64,000 bases of DNA from an uncultured Bacteroidota bacterium. GTDB lineage: Bacteria > Bacteroidota > Ignavibacteria > Ignavibacteriales > Ignavibacteriaceae. Shown here one piece after another: positions 30,179-38,998 of this stretch. Under the pieces are notes generated by a model. It had not been told where the DNA came from and ran no database searches. It was given only the letters and a program-made list of their open reading frames with translations. Within the stretch, counting starts at the first letter, position 1; every line of letters starts with the position of its first letter. A program made the translations under genes and the position numbers. Location of the stretch: the NCBI GenBank assembly GCA_963777515.1, contig CAVZQU010000007.1:736763-800762 (forward strand), written 5' to 3'.

Positions 30179-31714
30179 AGCATATCAATAGTGGGATAGG
30201 CAGGATGAGGAAATATTCCTCCTTTTTTTACCATATAAAGATCAATAGTCTTAGGATTATTGCTGTCTTCAACATAAATCTTGTTTAAGAGTTCTTCATT
30301 AATTTTTATTTTGATTTTTTGTTTGAGAGCAAGAACTTCATGAAGAATTTTTTTTGTTATTTCCATATCCTTTTTTTCGCTAGGCTTTGGAAGTTTGCTA
30401 GTTTTGTTTTCACTATTATCCAACTTTATTGAATTGATGATTTTATCTCTCATAACAGCGTAAACAATTTTATCTTTCCACCATTGTAATTGCTGTTTAA
30501 CAGTTTCCTTATTTTGATATCCTCTCGCATAAGCCTGTTTCATTAATAAATTATCGCGTACCATTTGCCAAATATTGCTTTCAATTGAAGCTGAAAATTT
30601 ATTAAAGTTCTCTTTATCTAATTTTATAAATTGACTTCTCATCCTATACCAATTTATAAAATCATCAATATTTAAAGTTGTATCTTTTAAAGCAACAAGT
30701 GGCAGCCTACCATACTCATTTTTTTTGATATTCAATTTTTTGATTTGTTCTTGAAGTCTGCTATCAAGATTCCATTCGTCATATTTTTCTTTTGATAATT
30801 CATAACCGCCTAAATAGGACCTCACAATTGCAAATGCATTCCCTTTTATTACAGGCATTTCCGATTTTAATAATTTCTTTACATAGATATCAGATTCATG
30901 ATCCATTTTTTCTTTTTTAATAACTTCCTCTGCATCAGCTTTATCCTCTGCCAAGCTCAGTTTGAGTAGTAACCATATTTTTCCAAATATCGTCAAGCTT
31001 AAAAATATAAAAGCCGTCACCAGCTTTTACTATTTTAGATATATCACCGGCTTTCATTGTATCAATAATATTAGATAGTTCGGGATTCTTATCCTTCAAT
31101 TTAAACTTGTCAATTTCCATTGATCTCTCATCTTTAAAAACTGAATCGTTTAATTGAAGAGTAAATAACGAATCGAATTTAATACCTTTTTTAAGTTCTG
31201 AAACAAAGAAAGAAAGTGAGTCTTCAGTCGGAGAAAATAGCCATTTAATATTATAATTAATTTGTTTCTCGGCTGAAGCCTTAGCTAATTCTTGCTTTGT
31301 AACTTTTATATTTTTTAGAATATCATCTTTGTACATTTCTCCGGTTGATAAATCGCCCTTAATTGCATCAAGTAATTCAGTGACATGAATTGAATCATCA
31401 AAACCTAAAGAGTAACCTTTTAAAGCAATTAACTTTTCGTTAATCATATAATCTAGAAAATGTTTTTTAGAATTTTTTATTTTCTTGGGAAATGCCGGTC
31501 CAAATTCGTAGCTTGCTAAAAATTCTCTGACAGTAATACTTCTGTCACCTACTTGCGCAATGATTTTATTTCCAATTTTATTGTTAAATGCCTCTTTAAA
31601 ATTTATAGCAGCTGAGTCTTCTTTATCTTTCGGATTTATGAAAGATGCAGCTATTAATATAGCCGGCAAAATCAAAAATAGCGTTCGAAAATTATATTTA
31701 TTTTTTACAAACAT
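30160..31714 (-). pseudogene. SurA/PpiC-like periplasmic chaperone (parvulin-type PPIase segment), one frameshift near 30950
   Basis: ORFs 30941..31714 (signal peptide, parvulin-like GDISKIVKAGDGFYIFKLDD) and 30160..31020. The family call rests on weak motif evidence. Confidence 0.45.
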
Positions 31715-31739
31715 TGTTCAAATCTAAACTAACTGCATT

Positions 31740-32777
31740 CTAAAATTTAATTCCTACGGAAAAAGAATGAACTCCATTAAGCCTTCCAAAATCACGATAG
31801 GCATAATCAAACCGGAATAGATCATTTGAAAAAAGGAATTTTGAATTTATCCCAACACCAAATGTTAAACCGCCTTCCTTATCCGTTAAGAATAGCGATT
31901 GATATCCACCTCTAATGGAAATAAAATCTTTGAAACAAAATTCAGCTCCTGTATTAACACTTTCATAATTATCATTCGGGTGCAATGCATCGACAGCTAA
32001 AGTCAATCTGTAATCATCTGTATTTAATGCATTGGTAGAAACTCCAATTCTAAATAGCAGCGGCAAATCCCATGAATCGAGATCAATTACATATGGTATT
32101 CTATCATTAGAGCCAAGTTTTGTAGGATCGACACTTTCATAAGTTCTTGTATCGCTGCCTGACAATTGCATCTTTGTACCAAAATTTGAAAGTGAAGCAC
32201 CAATAGTAAGTCCGCCAATTAAATCAGTTTGAAAGAGTGTCCCAACATCAATAGCAAAAGCGTTGCTAGACATATGCCAAATAGTTTCTTGAATATATTT
32301 TGCAGTAAAACCAATTGAAAATCTTTCTGTTAAACTTCTTGCATAAGAAACACCTACTGCAATATCTGAAGCACTAAAATATTCTCCGGTTCCTTCGGGC
32401 AGTTCAACTGTTCTAACTTTTTCATCACCCATTGATAATGAAGTAAAACTGAACCCAATGTTTCCTAACTCCCCTAAAGGGATAACTAATGCTGCATAAT
32501 CTAGACTTGTTGAGGCAAGCCAGTTTATATGATTAATTGAAACTTCATTTTGAGTAAGATTCGCTATCCCTGCAGAGTTCCAGTATAAAGCAGTTGCATC
32601 ATTTGCTAAACTGACAAAAGCTCCACCCATACCGCTGGATGGCCCTACACCAATTTCCAAAAAAGTACCTGCTGTGGTTCCGGCTTTGGAAACATTCTTA
32701 CTTCCATTTTGAGGAAATATCATTAGAGCAGGTACGCTAAATAAGAATGTTAACAATAGTAAAAATTTATTTTTCAT
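31740..32777 (-). CDS. PorV/PorQ-family outer-membrane beta-barrel
   Basis: N-terminus AGTTAGTFLEIGVGPSSGMGGAFVSLANDATALYWNSAGIANL matches the PorV-family signature. Alternating beta-strand pattern and C-terminal aromatic residue (SVGIKF). Confidence 0.7.
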   Translation of the reverse strand: MKNKFLLLLTFLFSVPALMIFPQNGSKNVSKAGTTAGTFLEIGVGPSSGMGGAFVSLANDATALYWNSAGIANLTQNEVSINHINWLASTSLDYAALVIPLGELGNIGFSFTSLSMGDEKVRTVELPEGTGEYFSASDIAVGVSYARSLTERFSIGFTAKYIQETIWHMSSNAFAIDVGTLFQTDLIGGLTIGASLSNFGTKMQLSGSDTRTYESVDPTKLGSNDRIPYVIDLDSWDLPLLFRIGVSTNALNTDDYRLTLAVDALHPNDNYESVNTGAEFCFKDFISIRGGYQSLFLTDKEGGLTFGVGINSKFLFSNDLFRFDYAYRDFGRLNGVHSFSVGIKF

Positions 32778-32806
32778 AAATACCTCAAATGATCGCAGAG
32801 ATTATC

Positions 32807-35800
32807 TTATTTAATAACTGCAAATTTTCCAATTTTTTCTCCCTCATCAGCTTGCACGTGAAATATGTAAACGCCAAAAGCTATATCCATTCCATCTTTT
32901 GAAACCAAATTCCATGGTTCTTGTCCATTGGTTAAATTGCTTTCATGATATATAGTCTGAACTAAGCTGCCGCTAATAGTATAGATTCTAATAGTACATT
33001 TAAGTGGAAGATGTATAAAATAAACTCTCCGTTCACCTCTTCCCACTTCAGTTGTTGAAGGTTCCCATGAAGCCGCTCCAGTATAAGGATTAGGAACAAC
33101 TGCAATATCATTCATATCTGATTTAACTTTATTCTTATTAAAGTATGCTGACTTTGTAGTGAATTGATAACTCTCTCCGGTCCTAAATGGTTTTGTAGTT
33201 AGAACTTTGAAGACATCTCCTACTTGTGGAGAGATTTGGTTCGCTTCAGCTATGGTTGTATCTTTAAATAAAGAAATAGACCATCCAACATGCAAGTTTG
33301 AAAAGCTGGTTGCTTTTTTATTAATTGAATCTCCGCAAACAACAAATATCGCATCTCCGTTAGTAAACAAATTATTATTATCATTATCTCTAAAGATGAA
33401 TTGAAAATGATCAATTCCGTCAGTTACATCTTTTATAATAATATTTGAAGGTACAGGCTGTGAAAAACTTGAAGACGGATATGAGGTGTCTCCTTTTCCA
33501 GGTTCAGTTAATGTTATTTCAAAATCAGCCGGTAATAAGATTTTTTTACTTTGATATGCAGGGGCATATCGAGAGTCAAATCCAACCGGAACCAGATAAT
33601 TACTATTCCCGACTATCCACCCTGTTTGACTTGAATTAACACCTACAGTTGTATCATTAACCAAATCAACAGAAAATCCGTCTACTACTGATGTTTGAAA
33701 TTCTTTACCATCAATTTGAGTTAAATGAATAAGTGTATCATTGTCAGAATAATTGATCAATCTGAATAGAGGATGGGGATTATCATGAAATATAGAATTG
33801 TCCACAAACTCAACTCTATAAGTATTTAAATCTTTTACCAGTTCAGGATTTAAAATCTGAATTTCTGCATACCCTGTCCCGGGCCCAGTTGAATCAAAAT
33901 TAGTTATATTCGGAGAAACGTACCCTGCCGCTGGTGCAGAAGGAGTAACAACAGCAGTATTTATATCTGTCTTTACTTTACCATTTATATCGACTTTAAT
34001 TATGCTTGTTGTTTCGGAAGGAGGAATACCTTCTATGGTTCCTTTAACATTAGTAGTCACAAAACCTTTATCATAAGCGACAACAGCATAATAATAAGTT
34101 TGTCCATTTTGAACTGTTGTATCTATAAAAGAATGTTTTAACCCGGTATCATCACCAAGGTTAAACATGGCGCCGTTTACTGCTATTGGATGAAGGCCTT
34201 TAACACCATCAATTAGATCATATTGAGCAATTGGTTTTCTGAAAGTAGTTTTGCCGTATGCATCAGTTATAACTTGGTCTTCTATAAAATTTGGCTCAGT
34301 TGAGCGGTAGATTCTATAACCTTCAAAATTATATCTTTGATAAAAAGCATCAAAAGTTTTTTCAGCTCTGTTATCCCAATAAATAGTTACTCTTTGATTT
34401 CCAGGAATAGCAGTTATAGTTGGTTTATCCGGCGGCTTAGCAAATCTATAATTAGCATTATAAATTGATTGAATTGTTTTCTTCCTTCGGAATAAATCGT
34501 CTTTGTCTATTCCATATAATAAGGACATTGAAAATCTTTGAGTTTCACCTGCTTCTTCCTGTTGTCCAGTTTGCATAGAATAAGTATTTCTTCCATTCAT
34601 ATGGAACAAATAACTAGAAAAGAAATTTCCTAAGTTTACACCTTCAAGAGTTTGGCCATGAGGAGACGGAAGTCCGGCAAGCGCTTTCCAGTTCGCTTCA
34701 TCATTATTTAAATCATAAGTGTGCACAGCAAATATTTGGAAACCGGTTAATCCAAGTTGATCTGATTCATCCTTATCAAGAATACCGAAATCAGGCTCGC
34801 CTTGTTCTGGTTTTCCATCACCTTCAGTTCCATTCGCATCCGGCCCCGCATAACCTTCATCAAAAGGCCCGATTCCATCTGTTCCAACATCATCATTCAA
34901 AGGTTCTCCTGAATCCCATTTACCATTTCCATTTACATCATTATAAGTTTTCCAATTTGCATTTTCATCTGCATCCCAATGCTGTTGCCATGAATAATTA
35001 TAAAATTCTTTAAATGTTGTTGTATCAATGGAAGGATTTCGTAAATATGGGTCATTTCCAGGACTTGTAATAAATGTAGTTGCAACATTATCTCTTTTTT
35101 CATCAGTTAAACCGTCATTATCATTATCTTTATTGTCATCAGGAATTCCGGGGCTTTCCAAAAATGCGTAGCCACTGTATCCAACCGGGCTCCAATGTCC
35201 GGGGCTTCCAAAAGAAACTGTTGACCATGCATAAGAAATATCCTGCACTTCGTTATAATCACCCGCGTTGTTAGAAGAGTTATCATGACCTCCAATTCCC
35301 CAGTCAACATACTGTGCAAAAAGTGATTTTGGATAATCAGTTGTAGACATATTAGTAATTTCATAATACCAAAAAATTACGTCTTGAGCTAAGACTTGAG
35401 ACCATTGAAATCCTCTACCCCTAACTTGCATTCCTAAACCACCCCGAGTTGGATCATCTGCATCCGGGAAGAAACCATATTTTGCAATATATTCTCTATC
35501 TTCATTATCATCGAAAACAAAGAATGATTCGAGATCAGCATTTTTTATTCCTTTACCGAAAAATCCGTCCCATTGTCCATCCCAATCTGAATTCCTATCC
35601 GGCCAGGTTGTAGGCCAGGTTGTAGGATCATCACTCCTGGCTACACTGCTCTGATATAAACTTGCATATCCGGGTAAAGCCCACCATCCATAGGTAACTT
35701 TTGTTTGGGGATCCGCCCTTGTATATTCATAGTAATTTGTTTCGAGCGGATGGAAAGTACTTCCATTATAGTTCACTTCCGATTGTACAATTACTGCAAC

Positions 35801-36049
35801 TCCATCAACATATGTATGCCCGGAGCCCTTTGGCCAAACACCACTTAAAGTGGGCTGGTTTTGCCAATCACCAATTTCTCCAAAATTATAGTAAACGGTT
35901 TGAACCAGGTTGCCATCCATAATTCCGGATTTTGTGTTGTTATGGTTTCCTTTATTTTTATCAATAATCCTTTGAGCAGATACATTTATTGAAAAAAATA
36001 AAATTAGTATTGATAAAATTATTTTAGAATAAATTCTACTTCTTTCCAC
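32807..36049 (-). CDS. 1080-aa secreted protein of unknown function with acidic Ca-binding-like loops and a T9SS-type C-terminal beta-sandwich
   Basis: Signal peptide ILSILILFFSINVSAQ. Asp-rich loops DNKDNDNDGLTDEKRDN and DVNGNGKWDSGEPLNDDVGTDG. C-terminus VVPNPYTG...IRIYTISGSLVQTI...GVYIFHVQADEGEKIGKFAVIK. Intact over 3.2 kb. Confidence 0.6.
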   Translation of the reverse strand: MERSRIYSKIILSILILFFSINVSAQRIIDKNKGNHNNTKSGIMDGNLVQTVYYNFGEIGDWQNQPTLSGVWPKGSGHTYVDGVAVIVQSEVNYNGSTFHPLETNYYEYTRADPQTKVTYGWWALPGYASLYQSSVARSDDPTTWPTTWPDRNSDWDGQWDGFFGKGIKNADLESFFVFDDNEDREYIAKYGFFPDADDPTRGGLGMQVRGRGFQWSQVLAQDVIFWYYEITNMSTTDYPKSLFAQYVDWGIGGHDNSSNNAGDYNEVQDISYAWSTVSFGSPGHWSPVGYSGYAFLESPGIPDDNKDNDNDGLTDEKRDNVATTFITSPGNDPYLRNPSIDTTTFKEFYNYSWQQHWDADENANWKTYNDVNGNGKWDSGEPLNDDVGTDGIGPFDEGYAGPDANGTEGDGKPEQGEPDFGILDKDESDQLGLTGFQIFAVHTYDLNNDEANWKALAGLPSPHGQTLEGVNLGNFFSSYLFHMNGRNTYSMQTGQQEEAGETQRFSMSLLYGIDKDDLFRRKKTIQSIYNANYRFAKPPDKPTITAIPGNQRVTIYWDNRAEKTFDAFYQRYNFEGYRIYRSTEPNFIEDQVITDAYGKTTFRKPIAQYDLIDGVKGLHPIAVNGAMFNLGDDTGLKHSFIDTTVQNGQTYYYAVVAYDKGFVTTNVKGTIEGIPPSETTSIIKVDINGKVKTDINTAVVTPSAPAAGYVSPNITNFDSTGPGTGYAEIQILNPELVKDLNTYRVEFVDNSIFHDNPHPLFRLINYSDNDTLIHLTQIDGKEFQTSVVDGFSVDLVNDTTVGVNSSQTGWIVGNSNYLVPVGFDSRYAPAYQSKKILLPADFEITLTEPGKGDTSYPSSSFSQPVPSNIIIKDVTDGIDHFQFIFRDNDNNNLFTNGDAIFVVCGDSINKKATSFSNLHVGWSISLFKDTTIAEANQISPQVGDVFKVLTTKPFRTGESYQFTTKSAYFNKNKVKSDMNDIAVVPNPYTGAASWEPSTTEVGRGERRVYFIHLPLKCTIRIYTISGSLVQTIYHESNLTNGQEPWNLVSKDGMDIAFGVYIFHVQADEGEKIGKFAVIK

Positions 36050-36073
36050 AGCTTTACCTTAAAAAATTCTTTG

Positions 36074-38812
36074 TTAAAAATCTATTGAAGCACCAAGAAT
36101 AATTTGCCTTGGCGAAGAGTAAAAGTCCGGTCTGGTAAAAAATTGTGCTAACGTGTTTACTCCACGCGGCGCAGATTGAGCCCTTGTTAATTCTAAAGTG
36201 TATCCAGCTCTGCCGGTATCTGTAAAAACATCGAGTTCATTTGCAGTATCAAATAAATTATAAACCTTTAAGAATACAGATAGGTTAATCCCGGTTATTG
36301 AGACATATTTTGTTAAGTATAAATCGACATTAAAAAATGTTGGTTTATTAGAACTATTCTCTAAACCTGTTCTTTGATTTTGAAAAGATGGAGTATATGG
36401 CAGTCCTGATCCTAATTTGCCAACAGCACTTGCAATAAAATTGTTTGGATCTCCAAGAGTAAGCGTAAAATTAAGAGAATGCCTTCTATCCCAATTTAAG
36501 GGGACTAATACTTTGTTTTGTTCAATCGGCGGTGAAGTTTGAGCTTTATCAAAAGCAGCGTTAGGATCAGATGCACTGCCTTTAGCAACTTGATATGTAT
36601 AATCTATACTTGCTCCTAATCCATTTATAAATCTTTTTTCTAGTGAAAGAGTTATGCCGCTTACAGAGCCATAATCTCTATTTACATATTTAGCAAACTT
36701 TTTGAAATTATTTTTTATATGAATTTCAACACCAAGAAGATTTCTAATATCTTTATAGTAAGTGGTAACATTTACTCCAAGTTCAGGAGTTAATTCCTGT
36801 TGTAACCCAAGTTCATACATTACCGTTTGCTGCGGTTTTAAATCCGGGTTTCCAATTACATTGCCTATTAGTTCAGGCAAATCACCACTAAGTGCAATTC
36901 TATAATTTGGATTCTTATATAAATATTCGAAAGGAGGAACTTGAAAAAAATGGCCATAAGAAATATGCACAGCACCATTCTCACTTATTGGATATGAAAT
37001 TCCAATCCTCGGGCTAATCTGTTTTTGTGAAGATGCTTTCTTAAAATATTGGGAAGGGAAAGGAGGAATTAAGTTATCTAAAACAGCAATGCTATCCGGA
37101 TTTAAAAGTACTTCTCCGTCCGGTTGAAAATAATCAAAACGCACACCAACGTTTACAATTAAATAATCTAATTCAATTTTATCTTGTAAATATCCTGCTA
37201 ATTGATAAGGGTGATTTTTATAAATATTATAATCAAATGATCCAGGCTGAGGAAGATGCGGGATATATCCATTAGATGGTTCAACAAGCACTTCAAAATC
37301 TGTATAATTCAAAGTATGAAATTTTGCTTCAATGCCGGTTTTAATTTCATTTGAATTATTAATCTGATCAGTAAAATCTAATTTTCCTGAATATGATACA
37401 GTATTATGATAAAACTGCCAGTTCTCAGTCCCGCCGGTTAAAAATGAGTTGCCGCTTACATCTCTCATTCTTTCAGGATTCACATATCTTGGATCCGGAT
37501 GAAGACCACTTATATTATCTCCCGAATGAAAGTTTACTGAATTTCCGGAAGCATTAAGCAGCGGATAAACATACTGCTGGAAATCGGAGTAATACATTGA
37601 ACCAAGGACATCAAGAAAAGCTGAGTTACTAAAAACATGAGTATAGCTGGCGCTTCCTAAAAAACTGGTTTGAAATTTTTTATAATCACCATCCGGATTA
37701 AGCTTAAATATATGATCATAATCTTTGTACTTATGGTCTTGATAAAGTCCTTCAAAGACAATTCCTTTACCGGAACCAACTTTGAATGCTAACTTCCCTT
37801 GAAGAGTTAACTGCCTTGAAAAATTCATTGGAACATTTGCACCATCTCCGGTTGCACCAACGTACCAATTTTTAGGATTATTATCTGAGAAATTAGAAGA
37901 ATCTGAAGGGTTGAACTCTCTCTTACCGTATAAATAACCATCATCACTTAAATATCTACCGGAAGCAAAGAATTTTACAAATCCATTTGTTCCGGGGATT
38001 GGACCACTTAAGTTACCTTGCAAATTATAAGTTCTTGCTGCATTAAATTTGCCCATATATAAATATAAATCGCTTGTTCTTTTCGTGGCATAATCACCTG
38101 AGTATGCCGAAAAAGCTCCATGATATTCGTCGCCGGCAATTTTTGTAATTTGGTTCACTACACCGGATAAAGCTTCACCGTATTCGGCGTTGAAAGTTCC
38201 GGTAATTACCTGCAATTCTTGAATACTGTTAACATCCGCCTGCATAGTTGATTGGCCGGAATAAACATCATTAACAGCAACCCCATCAATCATATATTTA
38301 ACTTCACCCAATCTGCCGCCTCTGAAATGTCCATCTACAACACCTGCTTGTAAGTTGATAACGGATTGAACATCTTCGACCGGAAGCATAGCGATATCTT
38401 TACCGCTAACATTTTCTTGGGTTGATGTCAGATCTTTCTGAACAAGTGGTTTTGATGCTGTTACTACAACATTATTAATTTCAACTGCTTCAACACCCAT
38501 TTGAAAATCTATCTTAGTGGTTTGATCGACAGAAATTTTAACATTATCAAATGTTATTGTTGAATATCCTACCAACGAAGCTTTTACTTTATATGTTCCA
38601 GGAGGAATATTTAGTATATAATAACTTCCGTCTAAATCTGTCGCGGAGCCATTATTAGTTCCTAATAATATGATGTTAACGCCAATTAAAGGATCTCCAG
38701 TTGCTTTGTCCGTAACTTTGCCTGCCAATTTTCCTGTTGTTCCGGCAAATAAAAATACTGGGAATAAAAGAAGAGATAAGCTTATAAAAATTAATTGTAA
38801 CTTTTTAATCAT
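36074..38812 (-). CDS. TonB-dependent receptor with N-terminal carboxypeptidase-regulatory-like domain
   Basis: GKLAGKVTDKATGDPLIGVNIILLGTNNGSATDLDGSYYILNIPPGTYKVKASLVGYS, then a plug (ISGKDIAMLP, QVITGTFNAEYG) and a long barrel ending ILGASIDF. Confidence 0.9.
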   Translation of the reverse strand: MIKKLQLIFISLSLLLFPVFLFAGTTGKLAGKVTDKATGDPLIGVNIILLGTNNGSATDLDGSYYILNIPPGTYKVKASLVGYSTITFDNVKISVDQTTKIDFQMGVEAVEINNVVVTASKPLVQKDLTSTQENVSGKDIAMLPVEDVQSVINLQAGVVDGHFRGGRLGEVKYMIDGVAVNDVYSGQSTMQADVNSIQELQVITGTFNAEYGEALSGVVNQITKIAGDEYHGAFSAYSGDYATKRTSDLYLYMGKFNAARTYNLQGNLSGPIPGTNGFVKFFASGRYLSDDGYLYGKREFNPSDSSNFSDNNPKNWYVGATGDGANVPMNFSRQLTLQGKLAFKVGSGKGIVFEGLYQDHKYKDYDHIFKLNPDGDYKKFQTSFLGSASYTHVFSNSAFLDVLGSMYYSDFQQYVYPLLNASGNSVNFHSGDNISGLHPDPRYVNPERMRDVSGNSFLTGGTENWQFYHNTVSYSGKLDFTDQINNSNEIKTGIEAKFHTLNYTDFEVLVEPSNGYIPHLPQPGSFDYNIYKNHPYQLAGYLQDKIELDYLIVNVGVRFDYFQPDGEVLLNPDSIAVLDNLIPPFPSQYFKKASSQKQISPRIGISYPISENGAVHISYGHFFQVPPFEYLYKNPNYRIALSGDLPELIGNVIGNPDLKPQQTVMYELGLQQELTPELGVNVTTYYKDIRNLLGVEIHIKNNFKKFAKYVNRDYGSVSGITLSLEKRFINGLGASIDYTYQVAKGSASDPNAAFDKAQTSPPIEQNKVLVPLNWDRRHSLNFTLTLGDPNNFIASAVGKLGSGLPYTPSFQNQRTGLENSSNKPTFFNVDLYLTKYVSITGINLSVFLKVYNLFDTANELDVFTDTGRAGYTLELTRAQSAPRGVNTLAQFFTRPDFYSSPRQIILGASIDF

Positions 38813-38934
38813 ACTTATTTCTTCCTCTCATTCAAAGAAAATATTACTATGCACATTACGATTTTCTTTTCTAAGTCTTAAATGATTTGGATTCACTATA
38901 TCTAACAAATCCTGATAACAAAAAAATTAAAAAC

Positions 38935-38968
38935 ATTTTCTACAAAGGAGCGGTAAATGTACCGCCCC
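38935..38968 (-). terminator. rho-independent terminator after the CBM-like gene
   Basis: The minus strand reads GGGGCGGTA-CATT-TACCGCTCC followed by TTTGTAG...TTTTT. The single non-Watson-Crick position is a G-U only in the minus-strand RNA. Confidence 0.55.
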
Positions 38969-38998
38969 TTTGAGAATTTAGGGTTCGTTTGAGCTACA

